This document shows positions 1 to 9,357 of a stretch of DNA of 64,000 nucleotides, piece after piece. Under the pieces are notes generated by a model. The model saw nothing but the letters and a program-made list of their open reading frames with translations, made no database searches and was not told the DNA's origin. Both the position numbers and the translations under genes were made by a program. Location: positions 15,227 to 79,226 of the forward strand of contig JAYSWN010000020.1 in NCBI GenBank assembly GCA_043718025.1, given 5' to 3'. How positions within the stretch are numbered: the first letter of the stretch is position 1; every line of letters begins with the position of its first letter. This DNA is from Pseudomonadota bacterium. GTDB lineage: Bacteria; Bdellovibrionota; FAC87; UBA2466.

Positions 1-116
1 CAATTCTGTCCGAATGGAACCTTAACGGCGCGCCATTTTTTATCAATTTGTCAGATACGCTTTCGAGGCCCCATTTCATTGAAAACATGGGTTCGTCCCA
101 TTGAGAGAGTCACAAC

Positions 117-1037
117 ATGTCAGAAAATAGTTTACTGAATTACCCCAACCTATCCGCAATTCACCGGACCTTTCTGGATGAGGCTCCCTATATGGCGGGC
201 GTAATCGAAAAGCAGCGAATTGAATTTGGAGCCCCCTGGACCGAAGATTTTGAGCAAGACGTAGCCACTTTTTTTCAAGGGGATCTTGAAAAACTACAGC
301 TGGCTACGAAGGGCTACATCAAGTTTGCGCTGGATGGAATGCTACTGCAAAAACGCTTCGATAAAACCGGAAAATACGAAGTGAAATCGTACCATCAGGC
401 GGCTGAAGAAGTGTACCAAAACGAGCAATACATGCATTCGCTCTACCTTCCGGGGATTTACCTATCCCATTTTCTTTGGCGCCATCATTTCATTCAGCAT
501 CAATTTTTCTTGGATGAATTTATTCCCCGAGTTAAGGCGCACGGAGGCAAGACCTATTATGACGTAGGAGTTGGCACCGGCTTTTATCTTCGTGAGATGT
601 TGCGTCGAATTCCTGGGCTTCAGGGGAGCGGCTTTGACTTAAGTCCTAGCTCCTTATCGTATACCAATCGCATGGTGACGGCCTTTGGGCTCGCCGATCG
701 TTGTACACTGAAACTGCAAGACATCGTGGTGGATCCGCCTACCCCGCCAGCAAGTTTCTTGACGAATATCGAGGTGTTGGAGCACCTGGAGGATCCCCTT
801 GCCTTTCTTAAGGGGCTATGCAAACTCCTTGAGGTTGGAGGCTTGGGAATGATCACCGCGGCGGTCACCGCTCCCAATGCGGACCACATCTTTCTCTACA
901 ACTCAGTTGATGAACTGATTGCACAGGTAAGAGAAGCAGGTTTCATCGTCATTAATTCCCGAGAAGACAAAGCCTATGAACCCAGACGTGCCAGCGAAAG
1001 CGTTCCCAAAAACGCCGTGGTTATCGTTACAAAATAG
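117..1037 (+). CDS. Class I SAM-dependent methyltransferase
   Basis: YDVGVGTG motif I; IEVLEHLEDP motif; 306 aa ORF. Confidence 0.8.
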   Translation: MSENSLLNYPNLSAIHRTFLDEAPYMAGVIEKQRIEFGAPWTEDFEQDVATFFQGDLEKLQLATKGYIKFALDGMLLQKRFDKTGKYEVKSYHQAAEEVYQNEQYMHSLYLPGIYLSHFLWRHHFIQHQFFLDEFIPRVKAHGGKTYYDVGVGTGFYLREMLRRIPGLQGSGFDLSPSSLSYTNRMVTAFGLADRCTLKLQDIVVDPPTPPASFLTNIEVLEHLEDPLAFLKGLCKLLEVGGLGMITAAVTAPNADHIFLYNSVDELIAQVREAGFIVINSREDKAYEPRRASESVPKNAVVIVTK

Positions 1038-1049
1038 AAGGTTGTTTTA

Positions 1050-1307
1050 ATGTTAATCGACGTGCATGGCAAAATGACTCAGGTCTTTAGACGGGTTTTC
1101 GACAATGAGAAGCTCACGCTCAGGGACGAAACCACGGCTCAGAATATTCCCGACTGGGATTCGCTAACGCATATCAATCTGATCATTGAGATCGAAGATG
1201 AATTTGCGCTCAAATTCACCGTTGAAGACATTACTGGATTGAAGAACGTCGGTGAAATGGTGCAAATGGTCGATAGAAAACTTGCCCGAAAGAATCAAAA
1301 TGCCTGA
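1050..1307 (+). CDS. Acyl carrier protein (polysaccharide-locus type)
   Basis: 85 aa acidic protein with WDSLTH phosphopantetheine site and IEDEF..KF. Confidence 0.9.
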   Translation: MLIDVHGKMTQVFRRVFDNEKLTLRDETTAQNIPDWDSLTHINLIIEIEDEFALKFTVEDITGLKNVGEMVQMVDRKLARKNQNA

Positions 1308-2409
1308 AACCCTACCCTATATTCCATGGGCTCGTCCGGTGCTGTGGGGAGGAGAGGAAACGCGAGTTGCGGAGGCCTTACGGTCAACCTGGATTTCGGC
1401 GGGTCCATTTGTTGACGAGCTAGAGAAAAGATTTTCCGTACTATCCGGCGGTGAGCAGGCACTCGCCGTTTCAAACGGCACTACCGCAATCCATCTTGCT
1501 TACCTTGCGCTGGGCATTCGGACCGGTGATGAGATTGTGGTCCCGGGGTTTGGTTTCCTCGCCGCCGCTAACGTGGCGCTTCACTTTTCAGCTCGTCCCG
1601 TATTTTGCGAAGTGGATCCCCACACCTGGTGCATGCGAGCCGAAGATATTGCCCCGGTGCTTACTCCCAAAACCAAGGCGATTGTTGTCGTGCACACTTA
1701 CGGAAACGTGTGTGACATGGATCCTATTTTGAGTTTGGCCAAAGAACGGGGAATTCCCGTTATTGAAGATGCTGCGGAAGCCTTCCCTTCTCGTTACCGA
1801 GGCAAGCTCGCCGGTACTATGGGAGATATGGGAACCTACAGTTTCCAGGCCACGAAAACGGTGACCACTGGCGAGGGTGGCCTAGTCCTCACCCGCGATG
1901 AAAAGTTGTACGAAAAAATGGTTTTGTACCGTAGCCACGGGCTGCGGCGCAAAAAACATTACTGGCACGAAGTGCCCGGACATAATTTCCGCCTAACCAA
2001 CTTGCAAGCCGCCCTCGGCTGCGCCCAATTGGAAGCCCTAGACAAGATTGTGGCCGAGCGCGAGCGTGTTTATAAAACTTACCGAGATCGACTGATTCGG
2101 CTCTCCGGCGTTACGCTGCAAGAGTTCCGGCCCAACGTCGACGCCGTGGTTTGGGCCATCGCCGTGCGACTCGACCCCCAGGTCTTTCGCATGGAGCGGG
2201 ATGTTGTCCTGTCCCGTATGTTGGAAGTGGGCATTGAATGCCGCCCCGGTTTTTATTCTCCAAGCCAGTTGGATTACTTCGACTGCCCGCCCTTTGCGAG
2301 CTGTGATGATCTGGCGGCTACCATTTTGAGTTTACCCAGCTTCCCTACCTTGGCCGAAGCTGAAATCGATCGCATTTGCCTGCAGTTAGGAAAACTAAGT
2401 CAGCTATGA
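1300..2409 (+). CDS. DegT/DnrJ/EryC1/StrS aminotransferase (perosamine-synthase-like)
   Basis: SNGTTAIHLA, IEDAAEA, SFQATKTVTTGEGG (PLP Lys), GHNFRLTNLQAALG; ATG at 1300 overlaps the ACP stop. Confidence 0.9.
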   Translation: MPETLPYIPWARPVLWGGEETRVAEALRSTWISAGPFVDELEKRFSVLSGGEQALAVSNGTTAIHLAYLALGIRTGDEIVVPGFGFLAAANVALHFSARPVFCEVDPHTWCMRAEDIAPVLTPKTKAIVVVHTYGNVCDMDPILSLAKERGIPVIEDAAEAFPSRYRGKLAGTMGDMGTYSFQATKTVTTGEGGLVLTRDEKLYEKMVLYRSHGLRRKKHYWHEVPGHNFRLTNLQAALGCAQLEALDKIVAERERVYKTYRDRLIRLSGVTLQEFRPNVDAVVWAIAVRLDPQVFRMERDVVLSRMLEVGIECRPGFYSPSQLDYFDCPPFASCDDLAATILSLPSFPTLAEAEIDRICLQLGKLSQL

Positions 2410-3239
2410 GCCATCCCTCCATTCCAGTGCGTGAACTAATTCAGACCAATACCAAGGTCTCGTCAAATTACGTCGCCAAGGCGCCGCTCGCGCTTGCCTT
2501 CGAGAGGCTGATGGAATGCCGAATCCTTTCCGAACAGCGCTTCGAACGCCCAATGCTCGACATCGGCTGCGGAGAAGGACTCTTTGCAAAAATACTGTTT
2601 GCCGATCAAATCGACACCGGCATTGATCCAAACCCGCGCGAGCTTTCGCGGGCCCGGGAATTAGGGGCCTATTCTGAACTGATTGAATGCTACGGCGATG
2701 CCATTCCCAAACCTGATAAGAGCTACCGGACCATTCTATCGAACAGCGTCGTGGAACACATTCCTGAGCTCCAGCCCGTGCTTACTGAAGCCATGCGGTT
2801 GTTGGAGCCCGGCGGGCGTCTCTACCTTACGGTGCCCTCTGACCTGTTCGACAAACACACCTGGGTCAGCCAGTGCCTGCAACTTTTCGGGCTTAAGGGA
2901 ATGCAGCAACGTTTCACCGTTTTTTTTAACCGTTTTTGGGTGCATTACCATTTTTATACGCCGAAGCGTTGGCAAGAAATTGTGGCGGCGGCCGGTTTCG
3001 AGGTTGTCGAAGTTCGCCAATACGGGCCCAAGCGGGCTTGCCTGATGAATGATTTTCTTGTGCCGTTCAGCGTGCCCGAGTTCGTTACTAAGAAGTTTCT
3101 CAATCGATGGACGCTATTCCCCTCTCTGCGCAAAGTAGTATTGGCGCCGGTCACCTTTTTCGGCTCGCTCGTTCTGCGCGGGGCCGACAACTGCGAAAAC
3201 GGCGGTCTGCTCTTTCTCTCCCTACGAAAGGCGGGCTAA
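2406..3239 (+). CDS. Class I SAM-dependent methyltransferase
   Basis: LDIGCGEG, SNSVVEHIP, LEPGG motifs; ATGA overlap with the upstream stop. Confidence 0.85.
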   Translation: MSHPSIPVRELIQTNTKVSSNYVAKAPLALAFERLMECRILSEQRFERPMLDIGCGEGLFAKILFADQIDTGIDPNPRELSRARELGAYSELIECYGDAIPKPDKSYRTILSNSVVEHIPELQPVLTEAMRLLEPGGRLYLTVPSDLFDKHTWVSQCLQLFGLKGMQQRFTVFFNRFWVHYHFYTPKRWQEIVAAAGFEVVEVRQYGPKRACLMNDFLVPFSVPEFVTKKFLNRWTLFPSLRKVVLAPVTFFGSLVLRGADNCENGGLLFLSLRKAG

Positions 3240-4015
3240 TGGAAAACAACTGCGTTTCCATCATCCTGCCTACCTACAACGAATCGCGAAATATCGTTCG
3301 GCTGATCACGGCCATCGCCGAAAATATTCCGGCGGGTTGGGATTACGAGGTTCTCGTGGTGGATGACAACAGCCCCGACGATACCCTGGGTGAGGTTCGG
3401 CGATGTTTCGGCAGCGACCCACGGGTGATTCCGATCTTGCGCACCGAAGATCGCGGCTTTGCCAAATCTATCCGCGCCGGCATTGAAAAGGCGACCGGTA
3501 ACCAAGTTGTGGTCATGGATACGGATCTCACTCACGATCCCGTTGAGATTCCGAATTTACTTCACGTTGGAAAGACCTACGATTTTGTCAGTGGCTCTCG
3601 CTTCTGCGCGGGTGGGCGCATGGTGGATACCAAGCACTACCTTATCTCGATGACCTACAACTGGCTCTTGCGCTTACTAATCCGCACTCAGGTTCAGGAC
3701 AACCTGGGCGGATATTACACGACCCGCCGTGTCCTCTTATTGGACTTGCCCCTAGACGAAATTTTCTTCGGGTACGGAGATTATTATTTTCGGCTGCTGC
3801 ATTTTGTGCAAAAGGCCGGCTATACCATCGTCGAGATCCCGGCGGCGTATCTATTGCGCACAGAAGGAAAAAGTAAGTCGAACTGGGGCCGGATGTTACT
3901 CACTTACACTCTGGGCGCACTCCGGCTAAAGCAACGAATTCGTAAACTCGATAAGGGGCGGCTGACCCGAGGCTCCCACGGCGTTCGCCAGCTCACTCAA
4001 CAATCTCAAAGCTAG
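3239..4015 (+). CDS. GT2 glycosyltransferase, DPM1/polyprenol-phosphate glycosyltransferase-like
   Basis: IILPTYNE, VVDDNSPD, MDTDLTHDP, VSGSRF, EIP motifs; TAATG overlap. Confidence 0.85.
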   Translation: MENNCVSIILPTYNESRNIVRLITAIAENIPAGWDYEVLVVDDNSPDDTLGEVRRCFGSDPRVIPILRTEDRGFAKSIRAGIEKATGNQVVVMDTDLTHDPVEIPNLLHVGKTYDFVSGSRFCAGGRMVDTKHYLISMTYNWLLRLLIRTQVQDNLGGYYTTRRVLLLDLPLDEIFFGYGDYYFRLLHFVQKAGYTIVEIPAAYLLRTEGKSKSNWGRMLLTYTLGALRLKQRIRKLDKGRLTRGSHGVRQLTQQSQS

Positions 4016-4025
4016 CCTTTTTTCT

Positions 4026-5831
4026 CTAGTGCGGATTCTTCAGTAATGAGTACTGATCATTTTTGTAGACGACCGACCATTGGGAAAACTTCGGAAGCGG
4101 CAATCGAATATTTTCCACAATAACAAAATCTAGCGCATAGTTTGCGTGGCGTGCCTCTTTAGCGCAACGGCGTAACCACGCTTCAAGTTGGCGGTGCTCT
4201 TTTGCATCAACGAGAGCATTGCTAATGCCTCGAACGTAAGAGCTGTACACCACCAACTCAAGAAAGATTATGGCGTCGGCAACTTCGCCCCGGTACGGGA
4301 GAGGGACTGGTCTCTTTTCTAATAGGTAATTGGTGTAATTTTTTGCGTCATTCTGATTGAGCCTGAGTACCGCAGCCAAGAGCGATTGATCGCGCTCAAA
4401 CAGGCTCATGTTATAGAAATAGTGTCGCAGCTCCTCGTCATGGGTTCGCTGAGTAAGCCCGTACATCGTGAACAGCGGCTTGGACCGGGAGTAGAGGGGC
4501 AAAAGGTAAGAATCCTCGATGTCTTCGGAAGCAACAATGGAGCCGGAGGGCAGGTGCGTATCAATCCAATTTAGCAATTCCCATTTCTCGCGCTCCACAA
4601 ACCCATTCCACGCGTCAAAATTAGGTTTTTGGATTTGCAAAACCAAAGCGCAAATCAATAGCGCCGGTATGAGGGACAGCGGCCACCATAACCATTGCTT
4701 TCTCCCCTTCAAATGCGACGAACCCCATGCAAAAAAAATACGGGCCCCGCAAAAAACTGCCCCCGACCAGGCGAAAATGACGGCCCCCCTCACCCACAAC
4801 CGACTGCCGAGATTATAACTGTCGCAGAACATACCGATTAAGGTCGCAGCTACCACTAGCGCGGCCACAAACACTCGCTCTTTCTCGAGCCAGCGCCAGA
4901 TAACCGGAATGAGAAAAATGAGGAGGAGAAACTGCCAACCCACTACCAATCCCAAAAATTCGCCGTGCCTTAGCTCCTGGCCCAGCGAAGTCGCCGCGTG
5001 CGCCCGTAACTGAAGGTACCCCCAGGCCACACCGGCCAGTCCAGCCAATGCGATACTAATCAAACGCCAGGGCATCACTCTTTTGATCAGCACTTCAAAT
5101 AGAACGCTCAGACCAAGGGCCATGACTAGAGTTGCCCCAACGCTGATGCTGGCCATTCCGGTCAAACCCGTTAACAGAATCGCCCCCCAAAAGAATCGGG
5201 GTCGGCCCGTTTGCAACCACCGAACTTGAAACGTAGCCGCGGCCAAACCTATTGCCCAAAACATTGACGGGTTAACAAAGCGGGTGGGATTTGAACTGTA
5301 GGTAAGAAGGTCGTCGGCCCAAAAGGGGCGGCCGAAATAAAAACTATTCCCAAACGCATCAACGAAGACCAGGCCGACCAAAGTGATCCCAACCGTTAAA
5401 AGCCCCCCCGAGAAACTGCCGCCGAGCAAGATCATGAGAAACACCAAAAAACTCAAAGCGAGAAGCGCCGTGTTTAAAATCGAAGTAACCAACAAAGCGT
5501 CACGCGAGGACGGAGTCACCCACGCGGCCACTTGGTAAATGGCGTAACTCGCGTACAAAGCTGCGGCGTACGAATTCGATATTGTATTTACGATCCGGTG
5601 ATCGCCGCCGGCGGGCTCTCCCGAGCGAACCACGGAAGAGGTAAGTCGTTCCGAAGCGTGTCGCAGCATGGAGTAGTAATAGTAATTATCCCCGGGTTGG
5701 GTTCTAGGTCCCGAGATGAGTACCCCAACCTTTTTAGACGACTGGTGAAAATGGCGGGCAATTGCGGCGGAGTGCAGTAACAATGCAATCGCCAGCGCCG
5801 AGAATCCAACCGTTAGCCATTTCATCCGCAT
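4026..5831 (-). CDS. Multi-pass membrane protein with C-terminal extracytoplasmic domain (possibly GT-C-like)
   Basis: Many hydrophobic helices then a soluble C-terminal domain; ATG at 5831 directly follows the carbamoyltransferase stop. Confidence 0.6.
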   Translation of the reverse strand: MRMKWLTVGFSALAIALLLHSAAIARHFHQSSKKVGVLISGPRTQPGDNYYYYSMLRHASERLTSSVVRSGEPAGGDHRIVNTISNSYAAALYASYAIYQVAAWVTPSSRDALLVTSILNTALLALSFLVFLMILLGGSFSGGLLTVGITLVGLVFVDAFGNSFYFGRPFWADDLLTYSSNPTRFVNPSMFWAIGLAAATFQVRWLQTGRPRFFWGAILLTGLTGMASISVGATLVMALGLSVLFEVLIKRVMPWRLISIALAGLAGVAWGYLQLRAHAATSLGQELRHGEFLGLVVGWQFLLLIFLIPVIWRWLEKERVFVAALVVAATLIGMFCDSYNLGSRLWVRGAVIFAWSGAVFCGARIFFAWGSSHLKGRKQWLWWPLSLIPALLICALVLQIQKPNFDAWNGFVEREKWELLNWIDTHLPSGSIVASEDIEDSYLLPLYSRSKPLFTMYGLTQRTHDEELRHYFYNMSLFERDQSLLAAVLRLNQNDAKNYTNYLLEKRPVPLPYRGEVADAIIFLELVVYSSYVRGISNALVDAKEHRQLEAWLRRCAKEARHANYALDFVIVENIRLPLPKFSQWSVVYKNDQYSLLKNPH

Positions 5832-5833
5832 CG

Positions 5834-7669
5834 TTAGTCCAGCTCGTAGGCATTCTGGTAATCGACGATGAGGTTTGGATTCTGTTCGTGCTTGAGCACT
5901 AGCGAATTTCCAATCGCAAGTAAGTCGAGCTCGGTACCCATTAAGCAGCGAAAGGCATCTTCCGGAGTATTGACGATCGGCTCTCCGCGCACGTTGAAGG
6001 AGGTGTTCACCAGCACCGGGCATCCGGTAAGCTCTTTGAATTTAGTCAGCAGCCGATGGTAGCGTGGATTGGTATCGGCCCGAACGGTTTGTAGGCGAGC
6101 CGAATAGTCAACGTGGGTCACCGCCGGAATTTCTGAGCGGGGAACATTTAATTTATCGATCCCGAACAGCGCACTTTCCGCTTCGCTCATCGAACGACGT
6201 TTCGCGGACGCCACGTCCGCCACGAGCAACATGTACGGGCTTTCGCCGTCGAAGTCGAACCACTCGGCGACGTCCTCCCGCAAAACGCTGGGCGCGAACG
6301 GGCGGAATGACTCACGGTATTTTACTTTGAGGTTGAGCTGTTTCTGCATCTGCGGGGATCGCGCATCCGCGATAATCGATCTTCCGCCGAGGGCACGCGG
6401 CCCAAACTCCATGCGTCCTTGGTGCCAGCCCACCGCCTTACCGTCGGCCAATGCCTGCGCGGTATTGTTTATGAGATCGTCATCGGTAAGCGTGTGAAAA
6501 ACCGCCCCCGCCGAACGCAGACGGCTCTCAATTTCTTCTTGGGAATAGGCGGGCCCGAGGTAACTCCCCGCCATGCTATCGCCCGGCGAAGTCACCCGCG
6601 GCCCGTTCAGCATGAGGTGGTACGCCGCCAAGGCCGCGCCCACCGCACCACCGGCATCTCCCGCCGCCGGTTGAATCCAAATACTGTCGAACACCTTTTC
6701 GCGCGCCAAGATTCCGTTCGCCACGCAGTTGAGCGCTACGCCGCCGGCCAAACAGAGATTCTTCTGCCCGGTCGACTTACGAATTCCCTTGGCGAGCTTG
6801 AGCACCACCTCTTCAGTGATGGCCTGTACCGATGCCGCCAGATCCATTTCCCGCTGCGTCAGTGCGGTCTCCGAAGTGCGCGCCGGACCGCCAAAGAGTT
6901 TGGCGAAACGATCGTTAGTCATCGTCATGCCGGTGCAATAATCGAAATAGGCCATGTTGAGAAAGAAGGAGCCGTCCTCCTTGATATCGATGAGGTGCTT
7001 CTTAATGAGGTCTACGAATCGCGGTACTCCGTAAGGGGCGAGGCCCATCACCTTATACTCGCCGGAATTAACCTTGAATCCCGTGTAGTAAGTGAACGCC
7101 GAATAAAGCAAACCGAGCGAGTGGGGAAAGTGAATTTCCTTTTCCACCGTCAGCGTGTTCTTTTTTCCGACGGCGACCGACGTGGTCGTCCATTCCCCTA
7201 CGCCGTCCATCGTTAGCACCGCGGCCTCTTCAAAGGGCGACGGAAAAAAAGCGGACGCCGCGTGGCTCAAATGATGTTCCGAGAAGAGCAGCTTCGCGTT
7301 CCAATCAATCTCTTTTCCGAGACTCGCGTTGAGCTCTTTCACCAACTGCATCTTTTGGAACAGCTTGTCCTTGAGCCACACCGGCAGCGAAACGAGAAAA
7401 GAGCGAAAGCCCCGCGGGGCAAACGCCAAATAGGTTTCAAAAAGCCGTTCGAATTTGAGAAACGGCTTGTCGTAAAAAACGACGTAGTCGATTTCGTTAC
7501 CCGAAATTCCCACCTCGCGCAGACAATAAGCAATGGCCTGATGCGGAAAACCAGCGTCATGCTTTTTGCGCGTGAAGCGCTCTTCCTGAGCGGCCGCGCG
7601 TATGACGCCGTCGGTAACTAAACAGGCTGCGGCGTCATGATAAAAGGCTGAAATTCCCAGAACGTTCAT
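5834..7669 (-). CDS. O-carbamoyltransferase (NodU/CmcH/SxtI family)
   Basis: GISAFYHDAAA, QEERFTRKKH, EHHLSHAASAF, EYKVMGLAPYG, GGVALNC, EFGPRALG, NTSFNVRGEPIV. Confidence 0.95.
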   Translation of the reverse strand: MNVLGISAFYHDAAACLVTDGVIRAAAQEERFTRKKHDAGFPHQAIAYCLREVGISGNEIDYVVFYDKPFLKFERLFETYLAFAPRGFRSFLVSLPVWLKDKLFQKMQLVKELNASLGKEIDWNAKLLFSEHHLSHAASAFFPSPFEEAAVLTMDGVGEWTTTSVAVGKKNTLTVEKEIHFPHSLGLLYSAFTYYTGFKVNSGEYKVMGLAPYGVPRFVDLIKKHLIDIKEDGSFFLNMAYFDYCTGMTMTNDRFAKLFGGPARTSETALTQREMDLAASVQAITEEVVLKLAKGIRKSTGQKNLCLAGGVALNCVANGILAREKVFDSIWIQPAAGDAGGAVGAALAAYHLMLNGPRVTSPGDSMAGSYLGPAYSQEEIESRLRSAGAVFHTLTDDDLINNTAQALADGKAVGWHQGRMEFGPRALGGRSIIADARSPQMQKQLNLKVKYRESFRPFAPSVLREDVAEWFDFDGESPYMLLVADVASAKRRSMSEAESALFGIDKLNVPRSEIPAVTHVDYSARLQTVRADTNPRYHRLLTKFKELTGCPVLVNTSFNVRGEPIVNTPEDAFRCLMGTELDLLAIGNSLVLKHEQNPNLIVDYQNAYELD

Positions 7670-7672
7670 GGC

Positions 7673-7825
7673 TTAAAAGAGCGTATAGATAAAAGGGGCC
7701 AACACAGAACCCTTCGCGGCCAGCAGCAAAAGTCCAATGAGGACGATGATGATGAGAAAAGGCGCCAGCCACAATTTTTTTCTCGCTTTAAGGAATGACC
7801 AAAATTCGCCGAAAAAAGAAGTCAT
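7673..7825 (-). CDS. Small membrane protein, SxtK/DUF5989-like (absent from ORF track)
   Basis: Hand translation: MTSFFGEFWSFLKARKKLWLAPFLIIIVLIGLLLLAAKGSVLAPFIYTLF (50 aa), with typical RKKxWLAP and APFIYTLF ends. Confidence 0.9.
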   Translation of the reverse strand: MTSFFGEFWSFLKARKKLWLAPFLIIIVLIGLLLLAAKGSVLAPFIYTLF

Positions 7826-7832
7826 AGTTACC

Positions 7833-8231
7833 TCAAAATTGATGCTTGAATGAGTCGGCCGATCGCCCCATCGGCCGCGGCTTCCAGAAACTCGGACCCT
7901 CTACCTTTTTGAGCCGCAGCTCATCACGGCCGAAAATCCGGAGCACAATTCCCAAGGGCGTAATCACCAACAGAAAGATCACTCCCAGAACAAGGGGGTT
8001 CATGAGGCGCCCGAGCCGCTCACCCAATTTCATCCAGGCCCGATTCAACGGGGTCAAAACATTGGGGGCGATCCAGGTAACGGCGGCCAAAACCAAACCG
8101 GCCGCGAGATAGTATCCCGCCGGATTTAAATGGCCGCGGTAAGCCGTCAACCCGGCCAGCGCGCAAAAGGCTCCGCTCAGGAGCATCCCGAAATGGTGAT
8201 TAGGCGCTAATTGAAGGGTCGTGGCACTCAT
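7833..8231 (-). CDS. SxtJ-family membrane protein
   Basis: LTPLNRAWMKLG..LG, ITPLG...RIFGRDEL, SFW, C-terminal FKHQF. Confidence 0.85.
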   Translation of the reverse strand: MSATTLQLAPNHHFGMLLSGAFCALAGLTAYRGHLNPAGYYLAAGLVLAAVTWIAPNVLTPLNRAWMKLGERLGRLMNPLVLGVIFLLVITPLGIVLRIFGRDELRLKKVEGPSFWKPRPMGRSADSFKHQF

Positions 8232-8298
8232 ATTTTCGTTAATTTCAGACCGCCCAAGTTACCCTCATCGCCCCAAAACGACCATAGTTTTGTTCCGG

Positions 8299-9357
8299 CT
8301 AGGGACGCCCACTGTCCGCCGCGACGCGCCCCTGCAACCACCGCTGGTCACTATCGTAAGGAACGGCGAGCTGGGCAATCGAACATCCGCAATAAACCAA
8401 AGTCAGCACCAGCCACTCCGCCTCACCGGCGCCGGCAAACCTAAAAGCCAACGGTGCCAAAACCGCGAAATTAAAGACGCCGTAGAGAAGAACCACTTTG
8501 CGGTGGCTGCCCCACCGCCGGGAGAGGCGTTGGTAGGCGTGGCTGCGGTGGGGCTCAGTCCACCGTTCCCTGCGCAGAAACCGTTGAATCAGGGTGGTGG
8601 TGGCATCGCAGAGGAACGCCGTGCCCAAAAGAATCCAGGTGGCGTAAGAGACGGTCCCCATCTTTATCGTCATCAGCGCCAAAGCGAAGAGAACGAATCC
8701 CAAGTAGGTACTTCCGACGTCCCCCATAAAAATCCGGGCCGGCGGCCAGTTCAGTATCAGAAAGCCGGCCGTCGCCCCGATGAGCACCAGGATGCGGAGA
8801 AAGATCGGCGAAGGAAATTCGGTGGGCACCGCTCGCCACACGAGCCACGCCGCCGCCGCCAACATAAAGAGGGCCTGACTCCCGGCGATGCCATCAATGC
8901 CATCCATGAAGTTAAATAAATTTATCCACCAAACGCCGGCGATAATAATGACTACCGCCAAAGGCAACCCACTCACGCTCAAACCGAAGGGCAGCACCAG
9001 ATCCGGCAAAGGAGACAACTTCAAAACGATTCCGGACACGACGGCTACCTGGAAAAAAAATCGAGCGCGGGCCTTTAAGGGGCGAATGTCGTCGATTAAA
9101 CCCAGGGTGGCCAAGCCTGACCCCAAAACCAGCGTAAAAATCCAATCTGACGAAAGATCTCCCCCGAGCCAGAGGCTCACCACGATGGCCGCCACTACCA
9201 TTCCCAACCCACCTCCGACCGCGGTCGGGCGGACGTGGGAGGATCGGTTAACCGGCGTCTGGAGTAGTCCCCAGCGGGCGGCATTCGCCAGCACAATTTG
9301 GATGACTCCCCAAGACAAAAGGGCGCTCGCCGTCATCACGGTGGTGGCGATCAACAT
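8299..9357 (-). CDS. MraY/WecA/WbpL-like polyprenyl-phosphate HexNAc-1-P transferase (Pfam Glycos_transf_4)
   Basis: RSSHVRPT..GGG, GLIDD, NLFNFMDGIDG, IFMGDVGS, EPHRSHAYQRL. Confidence 0.9.
   Translation of the reverse strand: MLIATTVMTASALLSWGVIQIVLANAARWGLLQTPVNRSSHVRPTAVGGGLGMVVAAIVVSLWLGGDLSSDWIFTLVLGSGLATLGLIDDIRPLKARARFFFQVAVVSGIVLKLSPLPDLVLPFGLSVSGLPLAVVIIIAGVWWINLFNFMDGIDGIAGSQALFMLAAAAWLVWRAVPTEFPSPIFLRILVLIGATAGFLILNWPPARIFMGDVGSTYLGFVLFALALMTIKMGTVSYATWILLGTAFLCDATTTLIQRFLRRERWTEPHRSHAYQRLSRRWGSHRKVVLLYGVFNFAVLAPLAFRFAGAGEAEWLVLTLVYCGCSIAQLAVPYDSDQRWLQGRVAADSGRP

Noticed and set aside
6419..7216. Long antisense or alternative-frame ORFs (e.g. 6419-7216, 8221-8919, 61765-62406)
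   Set aside because: They shadow well-supported genes and lack recognisable motifs.
5834..8231. Saxitoxin biosynthesis cluster
   Set aside because: Only sxtI/J/K-like genes are present; no sxtA, sxtG or other core genes, and the context is polysaccharide synthesis.
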